Source of the DNA: Okamejei kenojei
Taxonomy: Eukaryota
Assembly: GCA_035221665.1 (NCBI GenBank)
Contig: CM069140.1
Location: forward strand, 28,024,001 to 28,088,000
Direction: 5' to 3'
DNA: 64,000 nucleotides
In this document: positions 49,696 to 63,861 of the stretch, piece after piece
Position numbering within the stretch: position 1 is the stretch's first letter
How the letters are laid out: every line of letters starts with the position of its first letter
The notes under the pieces: generated by a model
The model's input: the letters and a program-made list of their open reading frames with translations, nothing else
Database searches by the model: none
What the model was told of the DNA's origin: nothing
Translations under genes and position numbers: made by a program

Positions 49696-50299
49696 GAAAA
49701 AAACTACAGGCGCACCATTTGACCGTGAACTGCTTTTGAAATTGAGGGTGAAAAACCAAACATTCAATTTTTGAGCAATCAGGAGTACACAGTAACTGTG
49801 GGTTTGCCAGCAAAGCCTACATCACATAAAGGATTCAACGAAAAGCAACAAACAAAAATCGTAAGATTTCACAGAGAATCCATTTTACCCATCCAGTAAG
49901 TGCATTAGGGATGGGCAAGAAAACCTTTTCTTGTCAGCTGTCCGCATTTTGAAAATGAATTCAAAATCCTTTGGAAAACCTACAATGGATTTACCAGAAG
50001 AGGGCAGCCCGAGGCCAGCCACAGGCGACAGACTTTACAACATATTTTATCTTTGCTCTACTTTGATGTGGACTTGAAGGAGGGCGCCTGCTCACAAATC
50101 AAGCTGAACAGCACAGGCAGTTAAAAGCAAGTTTTTAATAAGGGTAGGACCTACATTTAGAAGCAGGATTGCAAACAAAAAAGTTCACACACACAATATA
50201 ATAAATCACTGATGGTCTGTTAAGGAAAAGAGACAGGTTTACACTTGGTGTATTTATCTTTAAAGCATTTTAAATAAATTATTTATTTTTGGTTTATTT

Positions 50300-51900
50300 A
50301 TTGGACAAGGCCAGAATGTTTGGCCATTGTCATTTGTACTGGGCTACACTTCACAAGCCACTGCAGACTTTCTGGTGAAGTTGCTCCCACAATCTTCTAT
50401 TGGGAAGATTTAGAAGCAGTAATAATGAAAGAAAAGTGATGAGTCAGATGAGGTGAGAAACCTGCAGTTGGTGGAATTTACATGCACCTTGCTGCCCCTG
50501 CCCTCTTGATGTCTTAGGTTGGCAATGTTGTCAGCACATTGTTGTCAGCGCCTAGGTGGTTTAGGAGGTTGGACTCGTTCTTGAGCAAATATTACTTACC
50601 ATTTATTAATTCATGCCTGATTTGTCTAGGTCTTGCTACCTTTCGGCCTGGACAACTTCAACTGCTGAGGAATTGCAAATGGAATTAAACATTATGCAAC
50701 CATCAACGAGCATGCCCACTTCTAACCTTATGATGGAAAGAAAGTCATTGATGAAGTAGTTGAAGAGAGTCAGGTGTAGAACATTGCTCGAAGGAGCTCC
50801 TTCAGTGATGCCCTAAAGTTGGAATGATTAACCTGCGGCAACCACAACTCTGTTCCTTTGCACGAGGTATGGTTCCAACCTTTGGAGAGTTTTCCTCTGA
50901 TGCCTATTGCTCTCAAGTGTATCAGAACCTCTTGCTGTCATAGTCAAATGTTGTCTTGATGTTAAGGACAATCGCTCTCATGTCTTGTCTAGAATTCAGC
51001 TTTGAATCAAGGCTGTGATGAGATCGAGAGTAAAATGACTCAGATGAATTAAAAATGGACATTCACATCCACGCTCCTTTTGAACAAATGCTGCTTGACA
51101 GCAGTGGTGATGAATCCCTTCCTTTGCTGATGAATGAGTAGAATATTTGCATATATCTGGATTGAATTTGTTCTGGTTTTTGAGAGCTGGCCATTCCTGC
51201 ACAATTGCGCATTTCCGGATGGATGCCAAGTGTCGTTACTGTGCTGGAATGGCTTGGTTAAGGTAACAAGCTTGGCATCTTTTTAACTGGTAGAATGATG
51301 GGCATGCTGGTTCATGTGGTTCTATTGAAAGGGCATCGACCTGAAATATTAACTCTGCTCTTCCCTACACAGATATTGCCAAAATTGCTGAGAAGCCCCA
51401 AATTTTCCAGTTTTATTTCAGATTTCCAGTGTCTGTGACATTTATTTTGATTTTGGAATGAAGGATATGCCAGACCATAAAGCTTATACACTGGACATTT
51501 GTGTTGGTGACGATGGCCCACAGTGCACTAGGAATACCCAGTTATGAGGCACCAGATCTGCTCCGAGTCTGTCCTGTTTAACACATTTGTATTGTCATTT
51601 AATATAATGGAGGCTGTCACTGTAAAATACAGGATGTTTCCTCTATAAAGACTGTTCTTTCTAATAATTCTGTCATGGGCAAATTGTATTTGCCACAATA
51701 TGATGTCAAATATGCTTGTCCCTTGTGTTGGTTTGCTCACTACAAGTCATAAAACTAGACTGGCTGTTAACTTGTACAGGATTTGGCCAGCTCAGACAAC
51801 CACTCTTGGTGCTGACACTTGAGTCCCCAATCTAGAGTGCACTCTGTGCCCTCGCTACTTTCTGCAGTTTTACAAACTTAGCAAAAATGGCAGGTGACAA
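50300..51900 (-). mobile_element. Highly decayed LINE; related fragment at ~18600-19050
   Basis: Shared tgtgccct(t/c)gct(g/a)c / gagtcccc segment between the two loci; no intact ORF. Confidence 0.4.
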
Positions 51901-52823
51901 TTAGAAGGTACCTTTGCGCACATTTGACTTGCTTTCATAAACTTTATGACTGCAATTTTTTAATTTGTTATTGTTCAGTCAAAGTGGGTTCATTCATGTC
52001 AAATTAAATCGCCTTGCATAAGTATTAGCATTCTTAATATTAATTTTATCATACATCTAAATGCAAGATCTGTCCACAACTACTGGTAGGGGTAGCCTAT
52101 TCCTGTGCGACTTCTGAATGTAGGTGCAGAGCAGTTTTTCCCTCTTGACAGAAGGTAAACCCTGGGACACCTATGCCGCCTGTGGAGTCTACCAGCAGAG
52201 TATCAACTGCTGTAGATTTTCCACAGGTGGGGATGGGAAATCTGGCCACTGTTGCCTGCTCAAATACAGCATGCCCATTAAATTATAAAGGAGAAATCAG
52301 CTGCCGGTGGAAAGGTAAACAGAGCGCTTTATTTGAATTGTTAGTTTAAATGTTTTTAATAATTTATAATTACATGACTCCTAAAAACACTTTGGCAAGG
52401 GGATAGATTTTAAGGAATTTCCTAAAAGAAAGCGGGAAGGAATCCCCAAATATGGATCTTTTTAAATGAAAGGATCTGGACTGATAAAACAACTTACAAT
52501 GGAAGGCTTAAGTGGACAAGGACAAAATCACAGTCCAGAATTCCAAGGCTTAAGTTTTCACCTGTGATGAGTTACCTGATCTCAGTGGAGTACTAAGTAT
52601 ATTATCAGGCCACAACCTGCTGGAATTAGTATGGATGTTAGACCAGCGAACTAACACTGTCCATGAAATGATACCCTGGTTGAAGGTCGACAAGGTCAGT
52701 GGCTTCAGGAAAAACGAGATAAATATGAAGTGGAGAAAATGCATGTAGGATTTTATCTTTGGGTAACTTGCTAGTTGGCCCCATGCCATCAGTGGCAAAT
52801 AACTAAATCTACAAAATACTTTT

Positions 52824-52891
52824 TTTTTTAAGATAAGCTGTTGCTTCTTCACTTTGTTTTTTAAGATAAGCTGTTGCTTCTTCACTTTGTT
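52824..52891. repeat. 33-bp tandem duplication
   Basis: tttttaagataagctgttgcttcttcactttgt, two copies. Confidence 0.9.
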
Positions 52892-54909
52892 ATCCTTCCA
52901 CTGTAGTAAATTAAATGCTAACAACAACATAAACCAAGCAGATCAAACACAGGATTTATAAATATGTAAATTACAGCATCTCTCCCAACCACAGCAGTCA
53001 TCTACTCAAGTCTCTCAAACATGTTCCACTAATCAACCAGATCATAATTGGTCTGCATCATGTGATTCTGCAGCAAATAATTATTGCATCTTCAACACAG
53101 CAATAATAAATTAACTTTAAATGTGTGGTTTCTCATCACTGGAATTTATATGAACAAAATGTATCAGTCATCAAAGCAACATAGCATTCTAACGAAACCA
53201 GAGGAAAAGTCCTCATCTAAAGAACGGGAATACTTCCATTCTAGCCGAAAATGCTGGCTAGCATACAGGATTAGAAACTAGTTTGCCACTATTATCTCTC
53301 CCATAATCAACGAGCAATCTATAACTAACTTATTTTCTCACCTTCCCATATTGACGTGAGATGTTAATTCCGTTTCCATTTCCAATGACGCTGCCTGACC
53401 TATTGAATATTTCCAGTATACGATACAAACCAACAGCAAGCATCATTTCCAGTAAAGAAAATTAGATGCAAACTAGTTTGGAGTGAATACCTATTCAGTG
53501 AAGATATTTCTTGGTCGATCTTCAGCAAGTTTAATATAGAGTATGTATATATACTGGGGAACAAATTAATTTCAGTGGAGGTGAAATTTCTATTGATTTC
53601 ATCTTTCATTTTCTTTTGTTTCCTCTCTAAATCAATATAATAAAAACTCCTTAAATTAGTTTCCTCAAGTAATGTAAATGTGGATTAATAGGTATGTTTA
53701 GTCTATTCAATCATTCAGCAAGTCACAGTCAACCCGAGAACAATTTACCAAAGACTCTGACAGTGGCTTTATATACCATTACTCCCACCCACAAACTACT
53801 CTGCCATCATTAACAGAACCATAAAGTATATTGATCATTGTCCTCTGAAATTTATTGTTAATGTTTTTGTGCTTTTTCCTGCAGCCTTCATCCCAATTAT
53901 TTGTTGCACTCTAACTTTCTTTCATTTATTCATCATCGTTGAAAACATTAGAGACGCAGTGGTGCTGGTTTCCGGTGGGAACGGTGATGTACGCTCCACA
54001 TATCTCTGTCCTCCAGTTCCTGTGGACTTCCGTCACTGGAAGTGTAGGATTTTGGTGTGTGTGCTTTATCATCGTTCCTTATGTACGACAGTGATCACAA
54101 CTTCTACTGAAGTGTGGATGGCCGTTGGCTCGCTAGAAGCTCATCTGCCCTTTGACACGGTCCTGCTTGGGGGCCCACAGCCCCCTCCTCACCGGGTAAA
54201 CCATGTGGGGGAGACAGTTTAGTCGCCGACTTTATGACCATGGAGCAGGTAGCGCGGTCTGTCCTTGTAAATGTTTTAGCTTGTCCCGTTTCCCTGTCCC
54301 CATCTCTAAAATTTGCTAATCTAGCAATCCATTAAGTTTGATCTTAATCAAATCGGGGGAACTCCCCCTGACCTGACACATAGTCTAACTTGCTATAAGC
54401 GATAATGGTGCAATAATGTCTTAATGAATGATAGCTATAACCTTTTATCTCCTTCATGTGAATTGAGAACTGCAAAATAAAAAGGAAGAAATTAAGTAGT
54501 TAGGATATATTAGAGGTAAATCAGGAGAAAAAACTAAAATTGAGTGAGGAAAATATATTTTAGGGGGAAGTGGAAGAAAGGCATAAAAGGGACAAAGAAA
54601 AAATAAGGAAAGCTAAATATTGCACATCTTAAAACATCTCCAGTGGCAAGTTACCATCTGCAGGAATGCTGCTGAACAGTATAGATTGATCCCTTGAGGG
54701 GTCAAAGGTTGACTGGCATGTCATAAAGAGTTATTTTATTGTCGAAAAGGGTACTTGCTTTTTGCTACCAAAATTAACTTTGTGTAACAAATGGGAATGT
54801 ACAAATACAGTAAATTCTAAAAAATAGCTGGAAGGCCAATGGTAGGTTATGTAAATTAGTCAGTAGGTTGTGTGAAAAAAGTTCCAGAGACTTACAATTC
54901 ATGTGGTCT

Positions 54910-55230
54910 CACCCTGGGGACTCCCTCTTCTCTCCCATCAGGCAAGAGATGGCGAAGTTTATAGAAGCATACCTCCACATTCAGAGCAAGTTTCTTCCCA
55001 GCTGTTATTAGGCAAATGAACTGTCCTCTCACCAGCTAAGAGAGCTATCCTGACCTCCCGTCTAGACCTTCAAACTATCTTTAATCAGACTTTACAGGAG
55101 TTTATCTTGCACTAAATGTTATATCCTTTATCTGTACACACTGTGGACGGCTTGACTGTAATCCTGTAGTTTTTTCACTGACTGGATAGCACACAAAATA
55201 GCTTTTGCATGTGATAGTAATAAACAAAAC
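54910..55230 (+). mobile_element. Rex/L2-type LINE 3' end
   Basis: ctcttctctcccatcaggcaagaga...tttcttcccagctgttattagg...aataaac, similar to 58590-58700. Confidence 0.6.
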
Positions 55231-56999
55231 AATTAAATCTAAGCATGTCGTGGCCCTTCAATTCTGAAGTTGCTATGCAATTTGTTCATTTGCAACAATG
55301 TACATTATTAACCTGATGTTATTTTATCATTAAAAGCTGTTCTAATTTCACTGTCTGATGCGGTATGCACTTTGTAAAGACAAAGCAATGGGGTTCCACT
55401 GAAGGAAAACTTTATACTCAGTCAGCAATATGATTTTAAATGCATCATTCTGACTGATGTGACAAAATCTGTTTAACAGTTGAGAAATTTCAATTCTCAC
55501 AAATGTTATTGGTCAGTGATGGGTCAGCACCTACTCTGCACACACATACACTGCTTTGGATGAACAATTCTCGATAAGCAAGCATAAGTGGATCAAGAGC
55601 AATTGGTACGAAAACATCTCATTAGGGCTCTGCGTTGCATTAAGCTTTAAGACAAAGGAGCAAACTGACATATTACGCAATTGAATATCAGAATGATTTT
55701 CCTATTCATTTTTCAAAATTCCTAAATATTAACTCACTCATTTATTGTTTGCAGATGTAAAAAACAAGGCCTTAAGATATAATTAATTCAGTTGTCATTT
55801 GACATATCGTTTTTGCTATTCATGTGAGCACTTGTCATTTCTCTGCTTCACTAACCCTCTATTTTGGCAGATCCATACTCTGAGACCGCTTTCTGGTTCT
55901 AGACTTCTCAGCAAGGGGGGTGATCATCACTGATAAGTCTCATAATACTTTTGTCGGTTTCAATTAGATTATCCTCATCTTCTAAAATCTCAAGAGCATA
56001 TGTTCAATCTGTGCAAGTTCTCTGAGAATCAATCTGGTAAAGCTTTGCTGCACTCCCTCTCTTGCAAGTATATCCTTCCTTAGTATGGTCAAGATATGTT
56101 GTATATATGCCCTCAAAGAGGAAGACATTGCTGGAAAATAAAGACTAAGAAGGACTATGACATTCTCTTTGGTGGTTCTTCAGGGTAATCACATTTAACA
56201 AATTAAGATGTTTAAAAGGTGCTCACAGATGTTTTACAAATTACTTCCTTTTAGCCAAAAAGAGTGGGAGACTTTTTAACAGACTGGCTCAACTCGGACT
56301 TGAGTAATAGCCTTCTCTGGCATTGACATAGCTGCTCCAAGTGCTAATTTTAACTGGGTTAAGATGGTTTAAGAGGATTTAGGTAATTTTTATGTGAGTG
56401 GGAAGCTAAAATTAAAAACAAATTTGTGGTATAAGTAATGAAGTACTGATAAGATTAGATTTATGGGAACAAAGGAAGTGGAAGACTGCAAAGGCATGGT
56501 CATTTCAAGAGATGGTTTAAATTTGGTTACAAATTTGAGTAGTATATAAAATAGAGGCTCAAAAGAATTGAAATTTCAGGGCTCCCACTTTGGTCAGCTA
56601 TAAGGCTTTGGTATTTGATGCAATGAACCTTTGAATAAATAGTGCAGATTGGAGGCAGATGAACGATTCAGTCGAAAGGGCAAAATCTAGGTTGACATTC
56701 CAGTACAGCGTTGAATGACTGATGCTCTTGAAACTAAGGCAAAGCCTGCCCTGTCAGGTGGAAGTACAAGATCCCAAAATACAATTTAAGAGATCTACAG
56801 TGCCCTTGCCAATATTTGTTCCTCAATAAAACAGATTACCTGGTTATTAATACGCTAATTGCAAGAGTCACCATAGGAAAAATGAAAAACACAAACCTTG
56901 ATGTGACAAAAGAGAATAACAAAGATCTTTCCTAAATGACAGCAGCATATTCACACAGACTTAAGAGTGCGGCTTCAACTAAGCAGACAACAAAGAGCT

Positions 57000-58940
57000 G
57001 GTCAGGGCTTCAGTATCCCCCTATGCTCCTCAAGACTGTGTGCATAGCTCCCTGTTCTACTCCCTCTACACCCATGACTGCGGTTCTATGTACAGGACCA
57101 ATGGCATCTATAAATCCGCAGCTGAAACTAGGGTTGTTGGCCAAATCTCCAGTGGTGATGAATCAGCGTACAGGATTAAAGTCTGTGGGGGCGCTGCAAG
57201 CCGGCAGCCCTGTCAGCAGCGTGTTAGTCTTTTCAACTTTCTTAATTTTTTTTGTGTGTTTTAATGTTTGTTTTTAATATTTCTTTGTGCGTCTTGTGTG
57301 GGGGGATAAGGGGGAAACCATTTTGGTCGCCTCCTCCACGGAGAGGCGACTTTTTCCAGGTTGCCTCCCCCGTGGCCTAACATCGACGATCGGGCGGCCT
57401 TTCCCGGACACGCGCCCGGGGCTTCAGCGGCAGGCGCAGCGTGGACTCTCGTTTGCTGGCCCGTGACAGCCGGCAGCCTGAAGCCACGGTCTGCAGAGCT
57501 CCAGCTGGCAGCGTCCGGAGCCTGGGATCCCTCGTGGGGACCCGGGAGAAGAAGAAGCTCTGACCGTTGGCCCATGGCCTACTTCTACCGCGGGTCCGGC
57601 GTGGACTTACCATCACCCCTGGAGGGAAGCTCCGACCGCCGGTCCTGCGGTGCTTCTGGCTGCGGCGTGGCGGGGACTTTAAATCTTCGACCGCCGGCCT
57701 GCGGCCTACACCAACCTGAAGCCGCGGTCTCCGGTGGGGAAGAGCCGACTCTGGACTTACCTGGACTTTTACCTGTCTGTACATCTTGACGCCCGCAGCG
57801 GCGGCAGCGGAGGGATGAGGTCCCGACCACGGGGGAAAATGGAGGATGACTGGCCAAATGTTGTGCCTTCCACCACAGTGATGAATGCTGTGGTGGATGT
57901 TTATGTTAACGTTTTTGTGTGTTTTGGGTGTTCTTTATCATTGTACCGCTACAAGCTGGCAAATTCTTAGAAATTAAATTTCACTTGCACTTTATGTGCA
58001 ATGTGATGAATAAAACCAAGAATGAAAATATGTATTTATGTATNTGTATTGGAGGAGAGATAGAAAACCTGAGTGAGTGATGCCGCAACAACAAACTCTC
58101 ACTCAACTTCAACAAAACCAAGGAACGAATCGTTGACTTCAGGAAGAGGAAGTCAGAAGACCACTTGCCAGTTTTCTTTGGTGTGTCATCAGTAAAGAGA
58201 GTTAGCAGCTTCAAGTTCCTTGGCATTGACATCTCGTAAGACCCGTCCTGGGCCCAGCAGATAGATGTAATAATATCTACCCAGAATTGCTGGGCGATGA
58301 AGTGTGCCAGCACTTCTATTTTTTTTTAATGTTTAAAGAGGTTTGGCCTTTCCTTAATATTCTAACAAACTTCTACAATGTAGAAGTATCAATGTAGATG
58401 TATTTAAAAAAGTATCCAGACGTGTGGCATCATGGTCTGATATGATAATTCCAAAGGACAGGATGCAACTGCAGAGAGTGGAGGACTCAGCATGGTCCAT
58501 TAAGGATAGAGCCCTCCCCATCATCAAAAGCACCTAGATATGGCGCTGTCTCAAGATGGCGGCCTCTAACATCTACGATCCCCACCATCTGGGCCACGCC
58601 CTCTTATCATTGTTCCATCGGCAGGAGACATAGAAGCCTGAAGTCCCACAATACCAAGTCAAGAGCAGCTATATTCCTACAATCATCAGATTCCTGAACT
58701 CACACACACAACCCCAATCCTACTTCAATAATGGAACACTATTGACTACCACTTGCACAACCATTAACTTGTTTTTTTTTAAATTGTATTTGTCACTAAT
58801 GTCTCAGTTTTGCAGTCTTTTTTTTCACTGACTTGTATAATTTATATTTTCGGTGTTATTTGAGTCTCTGTGCCTGTGATGCTGCTGAAAGCAAAATTTT
58901 CATTACATGCCCCGTGTTGTGCATAAGACAATAATCGCGA
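57000..58940 (+). mobile_element. Rex/Babar-type LINE RT remnant interrupted by a GC-rich insert
   Basis: SSLFYSLYTHDC...VVGQISSGDESAYR ends at ~57175 and resumes at ~58050 (EIENLSE..NKLSLNFNKTKERIVDFRK). Confidence 0.8.
57180..58025 (+). mobile_element. Unclassified GC/CpG-rich non-autonomous retroelement
   Basis: Sharp compositional edges inside a LINE; 3' end atttcacttgcactttatgtgcaatgtgatgaataaaa resembles a LINE tail. Confidence 0.6.
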
Positions 58941-60144
58941 CTCATTTAATGCAATGGGGCACAACTTCGATTGTCGAAATAGCAGTGTTTAGCCAGACCC
59001 TTAATTGCTGGCTATAGTTGTTGTTTCAGCAAAACATTTACAAAAGGAATGAAAGATCATTCAGTTGCTAGTCCACATTTTGTTGTTTTTCTCCTCATTC
59101 GGGCATTTTCTCCATCCTTCCCCACATAGATCTCATTATCATTCAGAGCAGGTTTTGGAAGCTGTTATCACCGCAGGCAAGCAATTACAACAATCACTGC
59201 CGGCTTATTCTCATGCTCCTGCACACTCCTAGTACTGAATAAAAACCTAAGCAATGGTATTGTACACTGGCACGCAGTTCCATTTATTATACAAAACTCA
59301 AAGTCATTCAATTCTAACCTCAGGCATTTCACAGCAACACAGGCTATGTCAATGATAATTTTCATTGCTTGTCAATCAACTAAATAACAGTGTATGCTTT
59401 CTGCACCAGCGGCTGTAATGCACTAGCAGAGATCTTTAAAGCACCTAAATTACATTTTTTTAATCATAAATGTGTTAAATTATAATGAAAATTGTATTTC
59501 AGACAAAAGAAAAAAGGTTTGCTCTGATTATTTCTACTTTACATTAAGCAAATTCCATAAACGGTCCAGGGTATTCTTAAAATTGGATGGCACAATTTAT
59601 AGCTGAAAGTGAAAATAGGTGGGGTTTTGATGAGCTGATGTGCAATTCAAGCATTTAAAGTTGACCCAGAATAATTCCTTTGTATGTTTAGTGGTATTTA
59701 TATAAAAATGAAAGGACCAGTACTTAATACACATCTCACAAATGTCTAGGAAGCATGAACTACACATCGTAAATTGCGAGGGGTTAAAATGTGATCACCA
59801 ATTTACACATTGTAAAATGTCCCATAAACAGAAATTAGGTGCATGTGCATATCGTATTATTCATACAACAGGAAAAGATGATGCAAATCTAAATTAAAAG
59901 CAAAATATGTCAAAATAAAGCACAGGCATCATTCTGTTTGCTAATCAAGCAAATTATCTTCCCAAGGGTGCAAGCATGTGCATGAGCAGAATCATTCAGA
60001 TTAAAATGCCCAAATACTTTTGGCTTCTTACAAAGAGATAATGATTTGCTTCGTTTCGTACTCAGAATGAAAGTGTGATCTAGTTTTTGAAATGGAGACA
60101 ACAAACAATGAATAGCTTTCTGCTATTGGAGAACAATTCCATTT

Positions 60145-60430
60145 CTTTAGAGTTTAGAGTTACAATGTGGACACAGGCCCTTCAGCCCACTGAGTCCACG
60201 CCGACCAGTGATCACCCCGTACACTAATACTATCCTAGGGACACACTAGGGACAATTTAAGCAAAGCTAAATAACCTACAAACCTGTACGTCTTTGGAGC
60301 GTGGGAGGAAACCGAAGCACCCAGAGAACACCCACGCGGTCACAGGGAGAACAAACAAATTTTGTAGACAGCACCCGTAGTCAGGATCAAACTTAGGTCT
60401 CTGGTGCTGTAAGACAGCAGCTCGACAGCT
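60145..60430 (-). mobile_element. HE1-type SINE
   Basis: Same family as 38945-39250. Confidence 0.85.
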
Positions 60431-61299
60431 TGAAAAAAATGGAGGTGAGGTGCATTATCTACAGCACAAACTAGTGTCACTTATTCACTGTTCAATGTTG
60501 CTCATTCTGGGTTCAAGTTCACATTTATTGTCACATGCACCAATTAAGGTACAGTGATATTCTGGTCTTGCCAGACTTCTTGGCATCTGTCCTTTCCAAT
60601 GCCGTGGTGTAAAAATCTAACATAGAGCTTATTTCCCCAGTGGAGATGGGAGTGGACATTAAAACTGTAACCCAAAACCCTTTAACCATATGTCGGCAAG
60701 TGGAGGTATATGGTTAATAGGAGTATGATGAAATGGTCTCTAATTTCCTGGTTGAAGTTCCCACAATTCCTGAGGTTGTTCATGGAAGGCAAACAGCCCA
60801 TTTGATTGGATTGGCATTTGATTGGCACCCCATGCTAAAGTGTACTCTTTCCGCCACCAATGAACGACAACCATCTCCAGAATATACTGTCATCACCTGC
60901 ATTAATACCTCGCCAAACAATGAACTTTGCCACCACGAAGACAGTGGCAGCAGCTGCATGTGGACACCGCCATTTGCAGGCTTGCTGTGGTGTTTCAGTG
61001 AGACAGGATACTTCGTTCCAGGAGGCAGTCATACCTCTTAGGTTGAGAACATTAGGAATAGCCTGTGTTCATGGAAACAATACTGTGATAATGAGCAAGG
61101 TAGGAATGGGGATCAGGGGGATCCGCAGCAACTCCACTTCCAACTGGCGAGTGGTTCCGGCAGACACTGTGGACAAGAGCCGAAATAGCAGAGGCGAAGG
61201 GTAAAATTGATCACGGCCTCAAAGTTCAAGGTGCATTCCAGAAGGGGCACCTGAAAAGTAATATAATTATTTAAAAATAAGGTATGGTTAGGGGGAAGA

Positions 61300-62830
61300 A
61301 AGGCTAGCTCTTTATGGGTGTGAGGATGTATCCCAAAGGCGGCATTGCCTGCTTGATGCCAAGGTTAAGGATATCTCTTCGAAGTTGGATGGAAAATGGA
61401 CAAGGAGAGAAGGATCCAGTTATCATAATCCACATAGGTATTAATAACGTACCTAGGCCTAACCAAGAGATTCTGTTAAGGGAGTATGAACAGAAACACA
61501 AAATGAAAATGTCCAGATTGTTGTCTGAACCACACGGAAATTCACATAGGGACAAAAGATCAGAGAATTAAAAGCATGGCAAAAAGGTTGATTTGGCGGA
61601 AATAAGTTTCAATTCACAGGGCACTGGCACTACTAGTGGGGAACAAGTGATATATTTTGTTAAAAACGGCTTCACTTCAGTTAGTTATAACAAGCATCCC
61701 GGCAAATTAAGTAACTGGAGCTGTAGAGAGAGCTCAGGAAGAGATGAGATGGAGGAGCAGGGGGTGGGGGAAACAGGGATGGGTATTGGAATGCATACAG
61801 CATCCGCAACCAGAACTGATGGCAATGGCAGACATAAATGTGCATGATGTGATCACCATCAGATAGAGGTGGTGGCAGGAGGACCAAGGTTCCAAACTCA
61901 TTATTTCAGGGTATTTGACATTTTGGCAGAATAGGTCAAAAGGAAAAGGAGGTGGTGCAGCTTTGCTTATAACAGTAATTAGTAAGAAATTATCTTGGTT
62001 CAGAAGAAATGTGAATATGTAAAATTAGTTTGGTTAAAACTAAAAAGAGCAAGAGAAAGAAGTGAACAGTAGGAATGGGCCACAGGGTCCTTAACAATGT
62101 CTGCATGACAGAGTCTGAATCAATAAATAATGGGGGCTTGTAAGGAAGTTACCAATGTGACTTTAGGCTTCATGTAGATCGAATAAATCAAATACTCAAG
62201 AGTAGTCTTGATGATGAGGCCATCTGCATGTAAGGGACTGTTTCTGAGAACAAAACATCATGAAATAACTCAAGGAACAAGCATTTTTAGATCTGGTCAT
62301 ATGTAATGAAACAGGATTAATTAAGGATCTTCTTGTAATGGATCCTCAGGGGAAATATGAACTAATGTAATAACAAGGAACCAAAGATGGACACAAAAAC
62401 CTGGAGTAACTCAGCGGGTCAGACAGCGTCTCTGGAGAAAAGGAATAGTTGCCATTTTGCAGATGGGGGAAGAAGATGTTTGCCAAATGCTGGGTGGATT
62501 AGAGGATAATAATAACTATAAAAAGAGGATGGAAACTTGAATTGTTTTCTCTGGAACTCTGAAAGGTTGAGGAGAGAAAGTTTTAAGGAGATGTGCAGGG
62601 CTTGTTTCTTTTTCCCCACACTGAGAGTGGTAAGTGTCTGGAACATGCTGCCTGGGGTGGTGGTGGAAACAGACAAGCATTTAAATGGCTTTTAGATAGG
62701 TTCGTAAATATGCAGGAATGGAGGGCTAGGGCTCACAGTAGGCAAATGGGATGTTTAATTTGGCAGTGTGCTCGACAAACACCATGGACCAAAGAGACTG
62801 TTCTTGTGCTGCAGTGTTTTTTGTTCTATC
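61300..62830 (+). mobile_element. Decayed CR1 fragments (ORF1 esterase-like, endonuclease, 3' tail)
   Basis: CLMPRL...DPVIIIHIGIN resembles the ORF1 esterase; aaaggaggtggtgcagc (GGGV-type); CR1 tail at 62560-62830. Confidence 0.6.
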
Positions 62831-62889
62831 TAACATTGACTGATATAGCAATAGCATAAAGAACTAAGAGGGAGAGAAATGTCTTAAGC

Positions 62890-63280
62890 AAGTCAAAGTC
62901 AAACAAACTTTATTGTCATTTAGAAATACATCGATATATGCAATTCCAAATGAAATTCCGTTGCGTTTGGCTTCCCGTGCAACAAGATAATTAACAGAAG
63001 GATAAAATGGATAAAAGGATAAATAGACAATGGTGGCAGCCCATTACATGGCATTCAGGAGTCTGATGGCTCGTGGGAAGAAGCTGTTGCAGAACCTTGA
63101 TGTTCTGCTCCTTATGCTACGATATCTTTTGCCCGAGGGCAGCAAAGTGAACAGTCCGTGATGGAGATGTGTGGGGTCTTTTATAATACTGCTGGCCTTA
63201 GACACGCAACGTTTGGTCACAATATCCCCGATTGAGGGGAGAGAAGTCCCGATGATTTTTTCCGCTGTCCAAAGTACAAA
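62890..63280 (-). mobile_element. Rex/L2-type LINE 3' end
   Basis: aagtcaaagtcaaac..tttattg tail; minus strand LLPSGKRYRSIRSRTSRFCNSFFPRAIRLLN. Confidence 0.75.
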
Positions 63281-63582
63281 TAACTTTGCTGATCAGTATG
63301 TTTCAGGACCAACAAGGAAGGAGACATGTCTGCACTGTCTGGGTGTTGATCCAGGCCAAGTGGAGTAAGTATCAGCAGTGGTATATCTAGGAATAGTGAC
63401 TGTGACATGATAAACTTTAAAATAGCACTCTGAGGTAAAAATAATACATTGGTGAAGTGCCAGTGTCAACAAGTGAAAATAGTGAATCAAAGCTTGGCAG
63501 GGAAAACTGTAATTGAGCAAGGGATTACTTTTTAAAGTAGAGAAGTTTAGGTTAAATTACAATCCTATAGGGAACAAAGTTA

Positions 63583-63861
63583 AGCCCCTGTCCCACTTTC
63601 CCGAGTTACTCACAAATTCTCCTGAGTTTTCCACTTGATTCAAACTCGGAGAATGTCCGTAGCGAGTCCGTAGCGGCTCATAATGCCAGCCCTAGGCACT
63701 CGGGGCATCAGGTAAAGTCGGGACGTTTTTTCAGCATGTTGAAAAATGTCCAGGAGTTAAAAAAAACAGCCCCGAGTACCTACGGCTGGCATCTCCGAGT
63801 TTGAATCAAGGGGAAAACCCGGGAGAGTTTGTGAGTAATTCGGGAAAGTGGGACAGGGGCT
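63583..63861. mobile_element. PIF/Harbinger-type MITE, complete
   Basis: TTA|agcccctgtcccactttcccgag ... tcgggaaagtgggacaggggct|TTA; ~70-bp TIRs and a perfect TTA TSD. Confidence 0.92.

Noticed and set aside
58044-58044. Single N base
   Set aside because: Assembly ambiguity in an AT-rich repeat tail; not biological.
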